Of a stretch of DNA of 64,000 nt, positions 25,901 to 39,800 are shown one piece after another; positions within the stretch are counted from its first letter, which is position 1, and the number at the start of each line of letters is the position of its first letter. The position numbers and the translations under genes are program-made. This DNA is from the human T2T-CHM13v2.0 reference genome, Homo sapiens. Location of the stretch: assembly GCF_009914755.1 (NCBI RefSeq), contig NC_060945.1. One strand, written 5' to 3'. The notes under the pieces were generated by a model that searched no databases, was not told the origin of the DNA, and worked only from the letters and a program-made list of their open reading frames with translations.

Positions 25901-28900
25901 AAATTCCGTTTCACTCCATTCCATACCATTCATCTTCACTTTTCTCCAATCCACTCCATTCCACTCCAGTCCACTCCATTCCACTCGACTCCATTCCATA
26001 CTACTCTACTCCATTCCATTCCATTCCACTCCACTTCATTCCATTCCATTCCATTCCACTCCACTTCATTCCATTCCATTCCATTCCGTTACCATCCACT
26101 CCACTCCATTGTATTCCACTCCATTCAACTCCACTTCATTCCATTCCAATATATCCCATTCCATTCCACTGCACTCCACTCTATTCCATTCCAGTCCTCT
26201 CTATTCCTCTGTACTCCATTCCATTCCACTACACTCCATTTCATTCCTCTAAACTCCATTCCATTCCACTCCAATCCACTCCTTTCCTCTCCATTCCACC
26301 ACATTGCTTTCCAGTCCATGACAATCCATTGCATTCCACTTCTCTCCATTCTACTCCATTACACTTAATTCCATTCCATTGCACTTCACTCCATTCCCTT
26401 CCACTCCAATCCACTCCATTCCACTCTGCTCCATTCCTTTCCATTCCATTCCACTCCACTCCATTCTATTCCATTTCATTCTATGCCAGTCCACTTCATT
26501 CCATTGCACTCCACTCCACTCCATTCCATTCCATTCAACCGTATTCCAATCCACTCTATAATATTCCATTCCATTCCACTCCATTCCATTACACAAGTGT
26601 CCAATCCATTAAATTCCATTCCATTCCATTGCTTTCCACTCCATTCCATTCCATTCCACTCTATTCCATTCCATTCCACTCCACTCCATTCCACTCCATT
26701 CCACTCCACTCTATTCCACTCCATTCCACTGCACTTCATTCCATTTCATTCCACTCAACTCCATTCCATTCCTTTCCACTCCATTCCTTTCCACTCCATT
26801 CCAGTCCACTCCATGCCATTCCGCTCGACTCCACTTCTCTCCTCTCCATTCCACTTCATTCCATTACACTCCACTCCATTCTCCTTCACTCCACTGCACT
26901 CCATCCTTTTCACCCACTCCATTTCATTCAACTCCACTCCACTCATTAACACTACATTCCACTCCTCTTCATTCCATTCATCTCCATTCCACTCTACTTC
27001 ACTCCATTCCTTTCCACTCCACTCAATTGCATTCCATTCCACACCATTCCGTTACTCTCATCTCCATTCCATTCCACTCCATTCCACTCCACTCCATTCC
27101 ATTCCACACCACACCTCTCCATTCCACTCCATTCCACACCATTCCACTGCAGTCCACTCCATTCCACTCCAATCAATTCCATTCCATTCCACTCCACTCC
27201 ATTTTATTCCACTCCACTCCATTTTATTCCACTCCACTGCCTTTCATTACACTCTATTCCACTCTATGACATTCCCTTCCATTCCCCTCCATTCCATTCC
27301 ACTCCACTCCACTCCATTCCACTCCACATCATTCCATTCCATTCCTCTCTATTACATTCCATTCCACTCCATTGTATTCTATTCAATTCCCCTCCACACC
27401 CCTTAGCTACATTCCACTCCACCAGACTCCACTCCACTCCATTCCATTCCACAACACTCCACTTCAATCGACTCCATTCCACTCCTCTCAACTCTATTCC
27501 ATTCCACTAAATTCCACTGCACTCCACTCCATTTCATTCCACTGCAATCCTTCCCTTCAAACTATGCCACAGCATTCCATTACATTCCACTCCATTTCAT
27601 TCCACTCCACTCCCTTCCACTGCATTCCATTCCATTCCATCCCACTCTACAAAACTCTTCTCCATTTCACTCCATTCCATTCCATTCGTTGCCTTTCCAT
27701 TACATTCAAATCCATTCCATTCCACTCCACCCCATTCCACTCCACTCCACTACTTTCCACTCCACTCCATTCCATTCCATTCCACTCCTTTCAACTCCAC
27801 TCCATTCCATTCCTTTCCATTCCATTCCACACCATTCCATTCCACTCCACTACATTCCATTCGACTGCTCTCCCTGCCACTCCACTTCATACTTCTCCAC
27901 TCCACTCCTCTCCATTGCATTCCATTCCATTCTCCTCCATTCCATTCCATTTCTTTCCATTCCACTCCACTCCATTCCATTCCACGCAACTCCTTTCCAT
28001 TCCCCTTCATACAGTTCCATTCCATTGACTCCATTCCACCCCGTTCCATTCCTTTCAATTCCAATCCACTCCATTCCATTCCACTCCACTCCCTTCCATT
28101 CCATTCCACTCCATTCCCATCCATTCCATTCCATTCAATTCCAATCCACTCCATTCCAGTCCAGTCCACTCTATTCCATTCCACTCCACTCCATTCCCTT
28201 CCATTCCACTCAACTCCTCTCCATTCCACTCCATTCCATTCCCCTCCATTCCATTGTATTGCATTCAATTCCATTCCATTCCACTCCACTCCATTTCATT
28301 CCACTCCATTCCACTCCAGTCCTCTACACTTTACTCCACTCCACTCCATTCCATTCCATTCCATTTTTTCTTTTCCATTGCATTCCATTCCATTTCATTC
28401 TATTGAACTCCACTCCATTCCATCTACTACACTCCACTCCAATCCATTCCACTCCAATCCATTCCATTCCACTCCATTCCATTATATTCCACTCCACTGA
28501 ATTGCATTCCACTCCACTCCTTCCATTCCATTCCACTCCACTCCACTCCACTCCATTCCATTCCAATCCTCTCCATTCCATTCCATTCCACTCCACTCCA
28601 TTCCACTAAACTCAACTGAATTCCACTCCATTCCCCTCTTTTCCATTCCTCTCCACTCCCTTCCAATCTACTCCACTCCACTCCACTGGAATCAACTCCA
28701 ATCCATTCTACTCCATTCGATTCCTTTCCAATACAATCCATTCCATTCCACTGCACTACATTCCATTCCAATCCATTCCATTCCCTTCCATTCCACTCCA
28801 TTGACCTCAATTATTTTCCATTCTATTCCACTCTATTCCATTGCATTCCATTCAATTCCTTTCCATTCCACTCCATTTCATTCCACTCCACTACATTCCA

Positions 28901-31900
28901 TTCCACTCCACTCCTTTCCACTCCCCTCCACTCCGTTGCATTCCACTCCATTTCACTCTACTCCACTACATTCTACTCCACTCCACTCCATTCAATTCCA
29001 TTCCATTCCACTGCATTCCAGTGCATTCCACTCCATTCCACTCCACTCCACTCCTTTTCGGTCCATTCCAGTCTTCTCAACTAAACTCCATTCCACTCCA
29101 TTCCACTCAATTCCACTCCATTCCACTCCTCTCCATTCCATCCCACTCTACTCCATTCCTTTCCACTCCACTTCACTCAATTTCATTCCATTACACTCCA
29201 CTCCATTCCACTATACTCAATTCAACTGCATTCCATTCCACTACACTCAACTGCACTGTACTCCACTCCATTCTACTCCACTCCATTCCATTCTGTTCCA
29301 TTCCATTCCACTCCTCGCCATTCCATTATATTTCATTACACTCCAGGCCTTTCCATTCTACTCCACTCCATTCCGTTCCCCTCCATTCCATTCCATTCCA
29401 TTCCAGTCGACTCCATTCCTTTCCAATGCACTCCATTCCACTCCACTCCATTCCACTCCAATTCACTCCACTCTATTCCACTAGACTCCACTCCAGTCCA
29501 TTGCATTCCACTCCATTCCATTCCATTCCACTCCACTCCTTTCCAATCTATTCCACCCCAACCCATTTCATTCAACTCTATTCCAATCCATTCCATTCAA
29601 GTCCACTCCATTTCATTCCATTGCATTAAACTCCATTCCATTACACTCCACTCCATTTCATTCCACTCCAATCCTTTCCACCCAATTGCTCTCCTTTGCA
29701 TTCCACTCCACTCCACTGAATTACACTCCACTCTTCTCCACACTATTCCATTCCATTCCACTACATTTTACTCAACTCTACTGCATTCCACTCCATTCCT
29801 TTACACTCCATTCCACTCCATTCCACTCCCATTCCCTCCACCATCCTCCATTCCACTCTACGCCAATCCACTCCACTCCACTCCATTCCATTCCATTCCC
29901 TTTCACTCCATTCCATTCCACTACACTCCATTCCATTCCACTCCACTCCGTTCCATTCCACTCCACTCCGTTCCATTCCACTACACTCCAATCCACTGCA
30001 CTCCACTCCATTCCATTCCATTGCATCCCTTTCCACACCACTACATTTCATTCCACTCCCTTTCAATCCGGTCCACTTCATTCCACTCCATTCCACTCAA
30101 TTCCATTCCAATCCTTTCCATTCCATTGCACCTCAGTCCACTACACTAAACTGAATTCCATTCAAATCCATTCCATTCCATTCCTCTCCACTCCATTCCA
30201 TTCCACTCCACTCCCTTGCATTCCTTTCCATTGCACTCTATTCCATCCCAATCATTTCCATTCCATTCCATTCCATTCCATTCCATTCCATTCCATTCCA
30301 TTCCACTCGATTCGATTCCATTCCACTCCATTCCATTCCATTCCACTCCACACCACTCCAATCCACTACACTGCATTCCACTCCACTCCACACCACTATA
30401 TTCCATTCCACCCCTTTCCATTCATTTTCACTCCACTTCCTCCACTGCACTCCATTCCATTCCACTCCATTCCATTCCACTCCCCTCCACTCCATTTTAT
30501 TCCACTCCACTGCATTCCATTCCACTCCATTCTACTCCATTCCATTCCCCTTGACTCCATTATATTCCACTCCGCTGCATTCCATTCCTCTCCAATCCAC
30601 TCCATTCCACTCCACTTCAATCCACTCCACTCCATTCCACTCGACTCCACTCCATACCAGTCCATTTTATTCCATTCCATTCCACTCCATTCCATTCCAT
30701 TCGAATGCACTCCATTCCATTCCACTACACACCACTCCAATCCAATCCACTCCACTCCTGTTCATTCCAATCCACTCCATTACATTCTATTCCATTCCTT
30801 TCCATACCATTGCACTCCACTCCACTTCAGTCCATTTTATACCATTCCATTCCATTCCATTCCATTTTACTCCATTCAATTGCACTCTATTGCCTTCCAC
30901 TCCACTCCATTTAATTCTACTCTACTCCATTCCATTTCACTCCACTCCACTCCATTCCACTGCAATCCACTCAGCTACACTCCACTCTATTCCACTCCAC
31001 TCCGTTCTACACCACTCCACTCCACTCCATTCTACACCACTCCACTCTACTCCATTCTACACCAATCCACTCCACTCCACTCCACTATATTCCATTCCAA
31101 TCTACAACCCTGCAATTCAACCCATTCCATTCCACTCCACTGAATTCTACCCCAATCCAGTCCACTCCATTCCACTCCACTCCATTCCATTCCAATCCAT
31201 TACACTCTATTCCATTCCACTCAATTCCACTCCACTCCATTCCACTCCACTCCATAACCATTCATTCCATTTCACTCCACCCCACTCCACTCGATTCCAT
31301 TCTATTTCTTTGTGTCACATTCCACTCCACTCCATCCCATTCCACTCTCTTCCACTGCACTCCACTCGATTCCACTCCATTCCACTCCATTCCATTCCTT
31401 TCCACTCCATTCCATTCCATTCCACTCCATGCTTTTCCATTCCACTCCACTCCATTCCATTCCTCTCCATTCCACTCCATTCCATTCCATTCCACTACAT
31501 TCCATTGCACTGCACTCCATTCGTCTCCACTCCATTCCACTCCACTGCACTCCACTGCACTCCATTCCACTCCACTCCACTCCATTCCTTTCCACTTCAT
31601 TCTTCTCAATTCCAGTCCACTCCATTCCATTCTAATCCACCCCATCCCATCCAGTTCCACTCCATTCTATTCCATTTCATACCATTCCGTTGCATTCCAT
31701 TCCATTCAAATTCTCTCCATTCCATTCCACTCCACTCCATTCCATTCCATTCCACTCCACTCCATTCCATTCCACTCCAATCTACGCCAAAGTGTTCCCT
31801 TCGATTCCATTCCATTCCACTCCATTCAATTCCACAACACTCTATTCCATTTAACTTCATTCCACTCCACTCCACTGCACTCAATTCAATTCCATTCCAC

Positions 31901-34900
31901 TCCATTCCACTCCACTCAACTCTCCTCCACTACACCCCACTCCATTCCATTCCATACCATAACTCTCCACTCCACTGCACCGCACTCCACTACACTCTAT
32001 TCCTTTCCATTCCATTAATCTCTATTGCATTAAAAGCCACTGCATTCTATTTCATGCCACTCCTTTCCACTCCAATCAATTCAACTGCTTTCAATTCCAC
32101 TGCACTCCACTCCACTGCAAACCTCTTCATTCCAATCCATTCTACTCCACTACATTCTACTCTGTTCCATTCCATTCCGCTCTTCTCAATTACCTTATAT
32201 TGCATTCCACTCCACGACTTTCCATTCCAATCCACTCCATTTCATTCCCCTCCATTCCATTCTATTTGACTCCATTGCATTCCACTGCACTCCATTACAC
32301 TGAACTCCATTCCACTCCACTCCACTCCCGTCCATTCCACTAGACTCCAATCCAGTCCATTCTGTTCCATTCCATTCCATTGCACTCCACTTCATCCCAT
32401 TAATCTCCATTCCTTTGCATTACATTCCATTCCACTCCAATCCACTCCATTCCAACCCACTGCATTCCACCCCACTTTATTCCACTCCACTCCAATCCAT
32501 TCCATTCCATTCTGTTCCACTCCAATCCACTCCTCTCCACTCCACTCCACACCATTCCATTCCTTTCTACTACACTCCACTGCCCTGTTTTCCATTCTAT
32601 TTCACTCCATCCCATTCAATTCCACTCCATTGCATTCCATTCCATTCCATTCCATTCCACTCCACTCTACTCCACTCCATTCCATTCCAATCCATTCCTT
32701 TCCATTCCATTTCATTCCATTCCATTCCGTTCCTTTACATTACATTCCACTCAACTCCATTCCATTCCATTCCACTCCATTCCAGTTCTTTCCACGTCAC
32801 TGCATTCCATTCCACTCCACTCCACTCCACTCCATTCTAATCCATTCCGTTCCATTGCACTCCATTCCATTCCATTCCATTCCATTCCACTCCAATCCAT
32901 TGCATTCCACTCCACTCAATTCCTTTGCATTCCACTCCACTCCACTCCATTCCACTCAATTTCATTCCAATCGACTCCATTCCATTCCACTCCACGCCAC
33001 TCCACTCCTCTCCACTCCACTTCACTACACTCCACTCCTTTCCATTCCATTCCACTCCACTCCACTCTACTCCATTCCATTTTATTCCACTGCACTCCAA
33101 TCCACTCCAGTCAACCCCATTCTACTCCACTTCACTCCATTCCATTCCACTACACTCCATTCCACACCACTACACTCCATTTCACTCCACTCCTTTAAAT
33201 TCTATTCCATTCCTTTCGATTCCATTCCATTCCACAGAACTCCATTCTAGTACACTCCACTCCATTCCACACCACTCCAATCCTCTCCACTCTATTCCAT
33301 TCCATTCCAATTCATTCCATTCCACTCCACTCCATTCCACTCTATTGCACTCAATTACATTCCATTCCACTCCACTCCACTGCACTCAATTGCATTCCAT
33401 TCCATTCCATTCCACTCCATTCCATTCCATTCCTTTCCATTCCACATCACTCCATTCCTTTCCACTACATTCCAATCCATTCCATGCCACTCCGAACCAT
33501 TCCACTCCCCTGCATTCCATTCAGCTCCACTCAATTCCATTCCTCTTCACTCCATTTCACTTAATTCTCCTCCATTCCATTCCACTCCACTCTATTCCAT
33601 TCCTTTCCAATCCACTCCATTCTATTCCATTCCATTCCATTCTATTCGATTCCATTACATTCCATTCCGTTCCATTCCGTTCCATTCCATTCCATTCCAT
33701 TCCACTCCATTCCTTTACACTCCATTCCATTCCACTACATTCAAACACACTCCACTCCATTTCACTCCATTCCATTCTACTCCATTCCACTCCACTCCAT
33801 TCCAATACTCTCCATTCCACTCCATTCCACTATATTCCATTCCACGCCACTCCACATCAATCCACCACACTCCATTCCCTTCCATTCTACTCCACTAAAC
33901 TCCACTCCTCTCCCCTCTATTCTATTCAATTCCATTCCATTCCACTCCACTCTACTCCTCTCCATTTCACTCCACTCCACTCTACTGCATTCCATTCCAC
34001 TCCACTCCATTCCACTCAAATCCATCTCACTCCACTCCACTCCACTCCACACCACTCCACTCCATTCCATTGCAATCCATTCCATTCTATTCCACTCCAG
34101 TCCACTGCAATACGCTCCACTCCATTGCACTCCCCTCCACTAAATTCCACTCCATTCCATTCCACTCAACTCCATTCCATTCCACTCAACTCCATTCCAT
34201 TCCACTCCACTCCACTCCATTCCATTCCACTCCACTCCATTCCACGCCATTTCATTCCATTCAATTCCGTGCCATTCCATTCCACCCCATTCCATTCCCC
34301 TCCACTCCAAACCTCTCCACTCCAATACATTCCATTCCATTACATTGCATTCCATTACACTCCACTCCATTCCATTCCATTCCACTCTGCTCCATTCCAT
34401 TCCACTTCACTACACTCCATTTCACCCCATTCCACTCGGTTCCGTTTCATTCCACTCCACTCCATTCCACTCCACTCTACTATACTCCACTCCATTCCAT
34501 TATATTCCACTCCTCTCCACTCCAGTACACCCCATTCTACTCCACTCCACTACTTTCCATTCCACTGCACTCCTTTACACACTAGTCCACTTCATTCCAC
34601 TCCACTCCTTTCCATTCCATTCCATTCCACTCGATTCCATTCCGTTCCACTGCATTCCAATCCACTCCACTAAACTCCATTCCAGTCTACCCCATTCCAA
34701 TCCACTTCATTCCATTGCATTCCATTCCAATTCATTCCATTCCACTCCACTCCACTCCATTCCATTCCATTCTACTCCATTCCATTCCACTCTACTCCAT
34801 TCCACTCCATTCCACTCATTTCCACTCCATACTACTCCATCCCTCTCAAATCCATTGTATTCTATGCGATTCCTTTCCAATCCACTCCATTCCAATTCAC

Positions 34901-36627
34901 TCCATTCCATTCCTCTCCACTCCTCTCCATTCCACAGAATTCCATTCTATTCCTCTCCTCTCCATTCCATTCCACTCCAATCCACACCACTCCACTCTAT
35001 TCCGTTCCATTCCACTCCATTCCATTCCATTTCATTCCATTCTGTTCCATTCCATTCCACTCCCCTGCTTTCGATTCCATTCCACTCCACCCCATTCCAT
35101 TCCTCTACATTCAATTCCATTACATTCCACTCCACTGCTCTCCACTCAAATCCACTCCATTCCGTTCCATTCCATTCCATTTTATTAAATTCCATTCCAT
35201 TCCATTCCTCTCCATTCAATTCCATTCCACTCCACTCCTTTCGATTCCATTCCATTCTATTCCATTCCACTCCATTCCATTCCATTCCACTACATTCTAT
35301 TACATTTCATTCCACTCCACTCCTTTGGATTCCACTGCACTCCACTCCATTCCACTCCCTTATACTCCCTTCAAATCCATTCCACTCCATTCCATTCCAC
35401 TCCACTCAATTCCAATACACTCCACTCCCCTCCACTCAATTCCACTTGACTCCACTCCATTCCTTTCCATTGCACTCCATTCCATTCCAATCCACTCCAC
35501 TCCATTCCGTACTATTCCACTCAACTCCACTCCATTCCATTCCACTCAATTCCATTCCATTCCACTCTACTCCATTTCATTCCATTCCATTCAACTCCAT
35601 TCCATTCCACGAAACTCGACTCCGTTCCCCTCCACTCCTTATTACTCCATTCCACTCCATTCCACTGTTTTGCTCTCCACTCCATTCCAATCCTCTCCAC
35701 TCCATCCCATTCCACTCCACTCCATTCCATTCCACTCCATTGCATTCCATACCATTCCATTCCATTCCGTTCCATTCTATTCCATTCCATTCCATTCCTT
35801 TGCATGCCATTCCATTCGATTCCATTCCATTCCACTGCTCTCAATTTCATTCCTTCCCATTCCACTCCATTCCTTTCCACTACAGTCTATTCCTTTCCAC
35901 TCCCCTCCACTCCACTCCACTCCACTCCATTCCACAACAATCCACTCCATTCCACTCCACTCCACTCCATTCCACAACAATCCACTCCATTCCACTCCAC
36001 TCCACTCCATTCCAATCCATTCCACTCACTTGCATTCCCCTCAATTCCATTCCACTCCACTGCATTCCATTCCACTTCTCTCCATTCCATTCCTCCCCAT
36101 TCCATTCCGTTCCAACCCATTTCATTGCACTCCACTCCACAGCACTCCATTACTCTTCACTCCATTCCATTCCACTCCATTCCATTCCATCCCACTCCAC
36201 TCGACTCCATTACATTCCACTCCACTCCATTCCATTCCACTCCACTCCATACTATTATATTCCACTCCACTCCACTGCAGTCCACTCCATTCTACTCTAA
36301 TCCATTCCATTCCACACCATCCCACTACACTACACTCCATTACACTCCAATCCTCTCAATTCCACTCCTTTCCACTCCAATCCTTTCCATTCCATTCTAT
36401 TCCACTGCAATCTATTCCACTCCACTCCACACCACTCCACTGCATTCCATTCCATTCCAATCCATTGCATTCCACTCCACTCCATTCCATTCCACTCCAC
36501 TCCACTCTATTAAACGACATTGCATTCCATGCCATTCCACTCCATTCTATTCCACTCCACTCCACTCCATTCCATTCCGCTCTAGTCCACTCCACTCCAT
36601 TTTACCCCATTCCATTGCATTCTACTG

Positions 36628-36886
36628 GAGTTTTGTGGAATGGAATGGAGTTGAATGGGATGGAATGAAATGGAGTAGAGTGGAATGGAATGGAATTTAG
36701 TGGAATGGCATGGAGTGGAGTTGAGTGGAATAGTACGGAATGGAGTGGAGTGTATTGGAATGGAATGGAGTGCAATGGAATGGAATGGAGTGGAGTGAAG
36801 TGGAATTGCGTGGAGGGGAGTGGAGTGTATTGGAATTGAGTGGAGTGGAATGGAATGGAGTGGAATGGATTGGAAGGGAATATAAG
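36628..36886 (-). repeat. 259-bp inverted (GGAAT/GGAGT) satellite segment; inverted copy of 35359-35617
   Basis: The strand switch is directly visible. The reverse complement aligns without gaps to 35359-35617 with 10 mismatches by manual count. Confidence 0.95.
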
Positions 36887-39800
36887 AATTGCATGCAATT
36901 CTACTCCTTGCCATTCCACTACAGTCCAATCCATTCCACTCTACTTCTCTGCATTTCACTCCATTGCATTCCATTCCTCTGCACTTAATTATATTCAACT
37001 CCACTCCCCTCTAATCCATTCCATTCCACTTCTCTCCATTTCACTCCATTCCATTCCATTCCACTCCACTTCATTCCATTCTACTCCACTTCATTCCATT
37101 CCACTCCACTCCATTCCTTTCCATTCCATTCCACTCCATTCCATTCCATTCCATTCCATTCCATTCCATTCCATTCCACTCCACTCCAATTCATTCCACT
37201 CCAATACATTCTGTTCCACTCCACTCCACTCCTTTCTAATCCATTCCGTTCCATTTCATTCCATTCCATTCGATTCCATTCCATTCCATTCCAATCCATT
37301 CCATTTCATTCCACTCCACTCAACTCCTTTGCATTCCACTACACTCCACTCCATTCCACTCCATTTCATTCCATTCTACTCCATTCCATTCCACTCCAGG
37401 CCACTCCCCTCCACTCTACTCCACTCCAATTCACTGCAATCCACTCCATTCCAATCTACTCCTCTCCATTCCATTATATTCCACTCCATTCCAATTCACT
37501 CCAGTCAACCCCATTCTACTCCACTTCACTCCATTCCATTCCACTACACTCCATTCCACTCCACTGCTTTAAATTCTATTGCATTCCATTCGATTCCATT
37601 CCATTCCACACAACTCCATTCTAGTCCACTCAACTCAATTCCACTCCACTCCAATCCTGTCCACTCTATTTCATTCCAATTCATTCCATTCCACTCCACT
37701 CCATTCCACTCTATTATACTCAATTACATTCGATTCCATTCAACTCCACTGCACTCAATTGCATTTCATTCCATTCCATTCCATTCCGTTCCACATCAAT
37801 CCATTACTTTCCACTCCATTCCAATCCATTCCATGTCACTCCATTCCATTCCACTGCACTGCATTCCATTCAGCTCCACCCAATTCCATTCCACTCCATC
37901 CATTCCATTCCTTTCCACTCCATTTCACTCCCTTCCACTCCATTTCATTCCACTCCACTCCATTTCATTCCTTTCCAATCCACTCCATTCCATTCCATTT
38001 TATTCCATTCCATTCCAATCCATTCCATTCCATTCCATTCCATTCCACTGCATTCCATTCCATTCCGATCCAGTCCATTCCATTTCACTCCATTCCATTC
38101 CACTCCACGACATTCAAACTCACTCCACTCCATTTCACTCCATTCCATTCTACTTCATTCCACTCCACTCCATTCCATTACTCTCCTTTCCACTCCATTC
38201 CAGTGTTTTCCATTCCACGACACTCCACATCAATCCACTACACTCCATTCCCTTCCATTCCACTCTACTCCACTCCACTCCTCTCCACTCCATTCTATTG
38301 AATTCCTTTACATTCCACTCCACTCTACTCCTCTCCATTCCACTCCACTGCACTCCATTCCATTCCACTCCACTCCATTCCACTTAACTCCATTTCACTC
38401 CACTCCGTTCCACTCCACTCCACACCTCTCCACTTCATTCCATTGCACTGCTCTCCTTTCTATTCCACTGTAGTCCACTGCATTGTACTCCACTCCATTG
38501 CACTCCACTCCATTCTATTCCACTCCATTTAATTCCATTCCATTCCACTCAACTCCATTCCATTCCACTTCACTCCATTCCATTCCACTCCATTCCTTTC
38601 CATTCCATTCCATTCCATTCCACTTCACTCCATTCCATTCCACTCCATTCCTTTCCATTCCATTCCATTCCATTCCATTCCACCCCTTCCATTCCCCTGC
38701 ATTCCACACCACTCCACTCCAATACACTCCATTCCATTCCATTACATTCCATTGCACTCCATTCCATTCCATTCCATTCCACTCCGCTCCATTCCATTCC
38801 ACTTCACTCCACTACATTTCACACCATTACGCTCCATTCCATTTCATTCCACTCCACTCCATTCCACTCCACTCCACTCATCTGTAATCCATTCCATTCC
38901 ACTCCTTTCCATTCCTTTCCATTCCACTCCATTTCATTCTATTCCATTCGGCTCCATTCCATTCCACTAAACTCGAATACGTTCCACTCCACTCCTTTCT
39001 ACTCCATTCCACTCAATTCCATTTTATTGCACTCCACTCCATTCCATTCCTCTCCACTCCATTCCATTCCACTCCACTCTGTTCCATTCCACTCCATTTA
39101 ATTTCATTCCGTTTCATTCCATTCCTTTGCATTCCTTTTCATTCCATTCCATTCGATTCCAGTCCATTCCATTCCATTCCACTTGTCTCCAATTCTTTCA
39201 TTCCCATTACACTGCATTTCATTCCACTCCAGTCTATTCCTTTCCACTCAACTCCACTCCAATCCACTCCAATCCACTTTATTGCAATCCACTCCACTCC
39301 ATTCCATTCCACTCCATTCCATTTCTTGAACTCCACTCAAGTCCATATAACTCCACTGCATTCCATTCCACTCCACTCCATTCCATTCCTCTCCATTCCA
39401 TTACAACCCATTCCATTACCCTCCACTCCACACAAATCCACTGTCCTTCACTCCATTCCATTCCATTCCAGTCCATTCCATTCCACTCCACTCCACTCCA
39501 TTCCATTCCATTCCACTCCACTCCATCCATTCCCCTCTATTTCACTCCATTCCATTCCATTCTACTCTCTTCCATTCCACTCCACTCCACTCCATTCCAT
39601 TCCAGTCCAGTCCACTCCATTCCATTCCATTCTATTCCATTCCATTCTACTCCATTCCCTTCCCCTCCACTCCTCTCCATTTCAGTCCACTCCATTCCAT
39701 TCAACTCCATTCCATTTCATTCCGTTCTGCTCCACTCCATTCAATTTCATTCCATTCCCTTCCCTTCTCTTCCATTCCATTACCTTGCACTCCACTCCAC

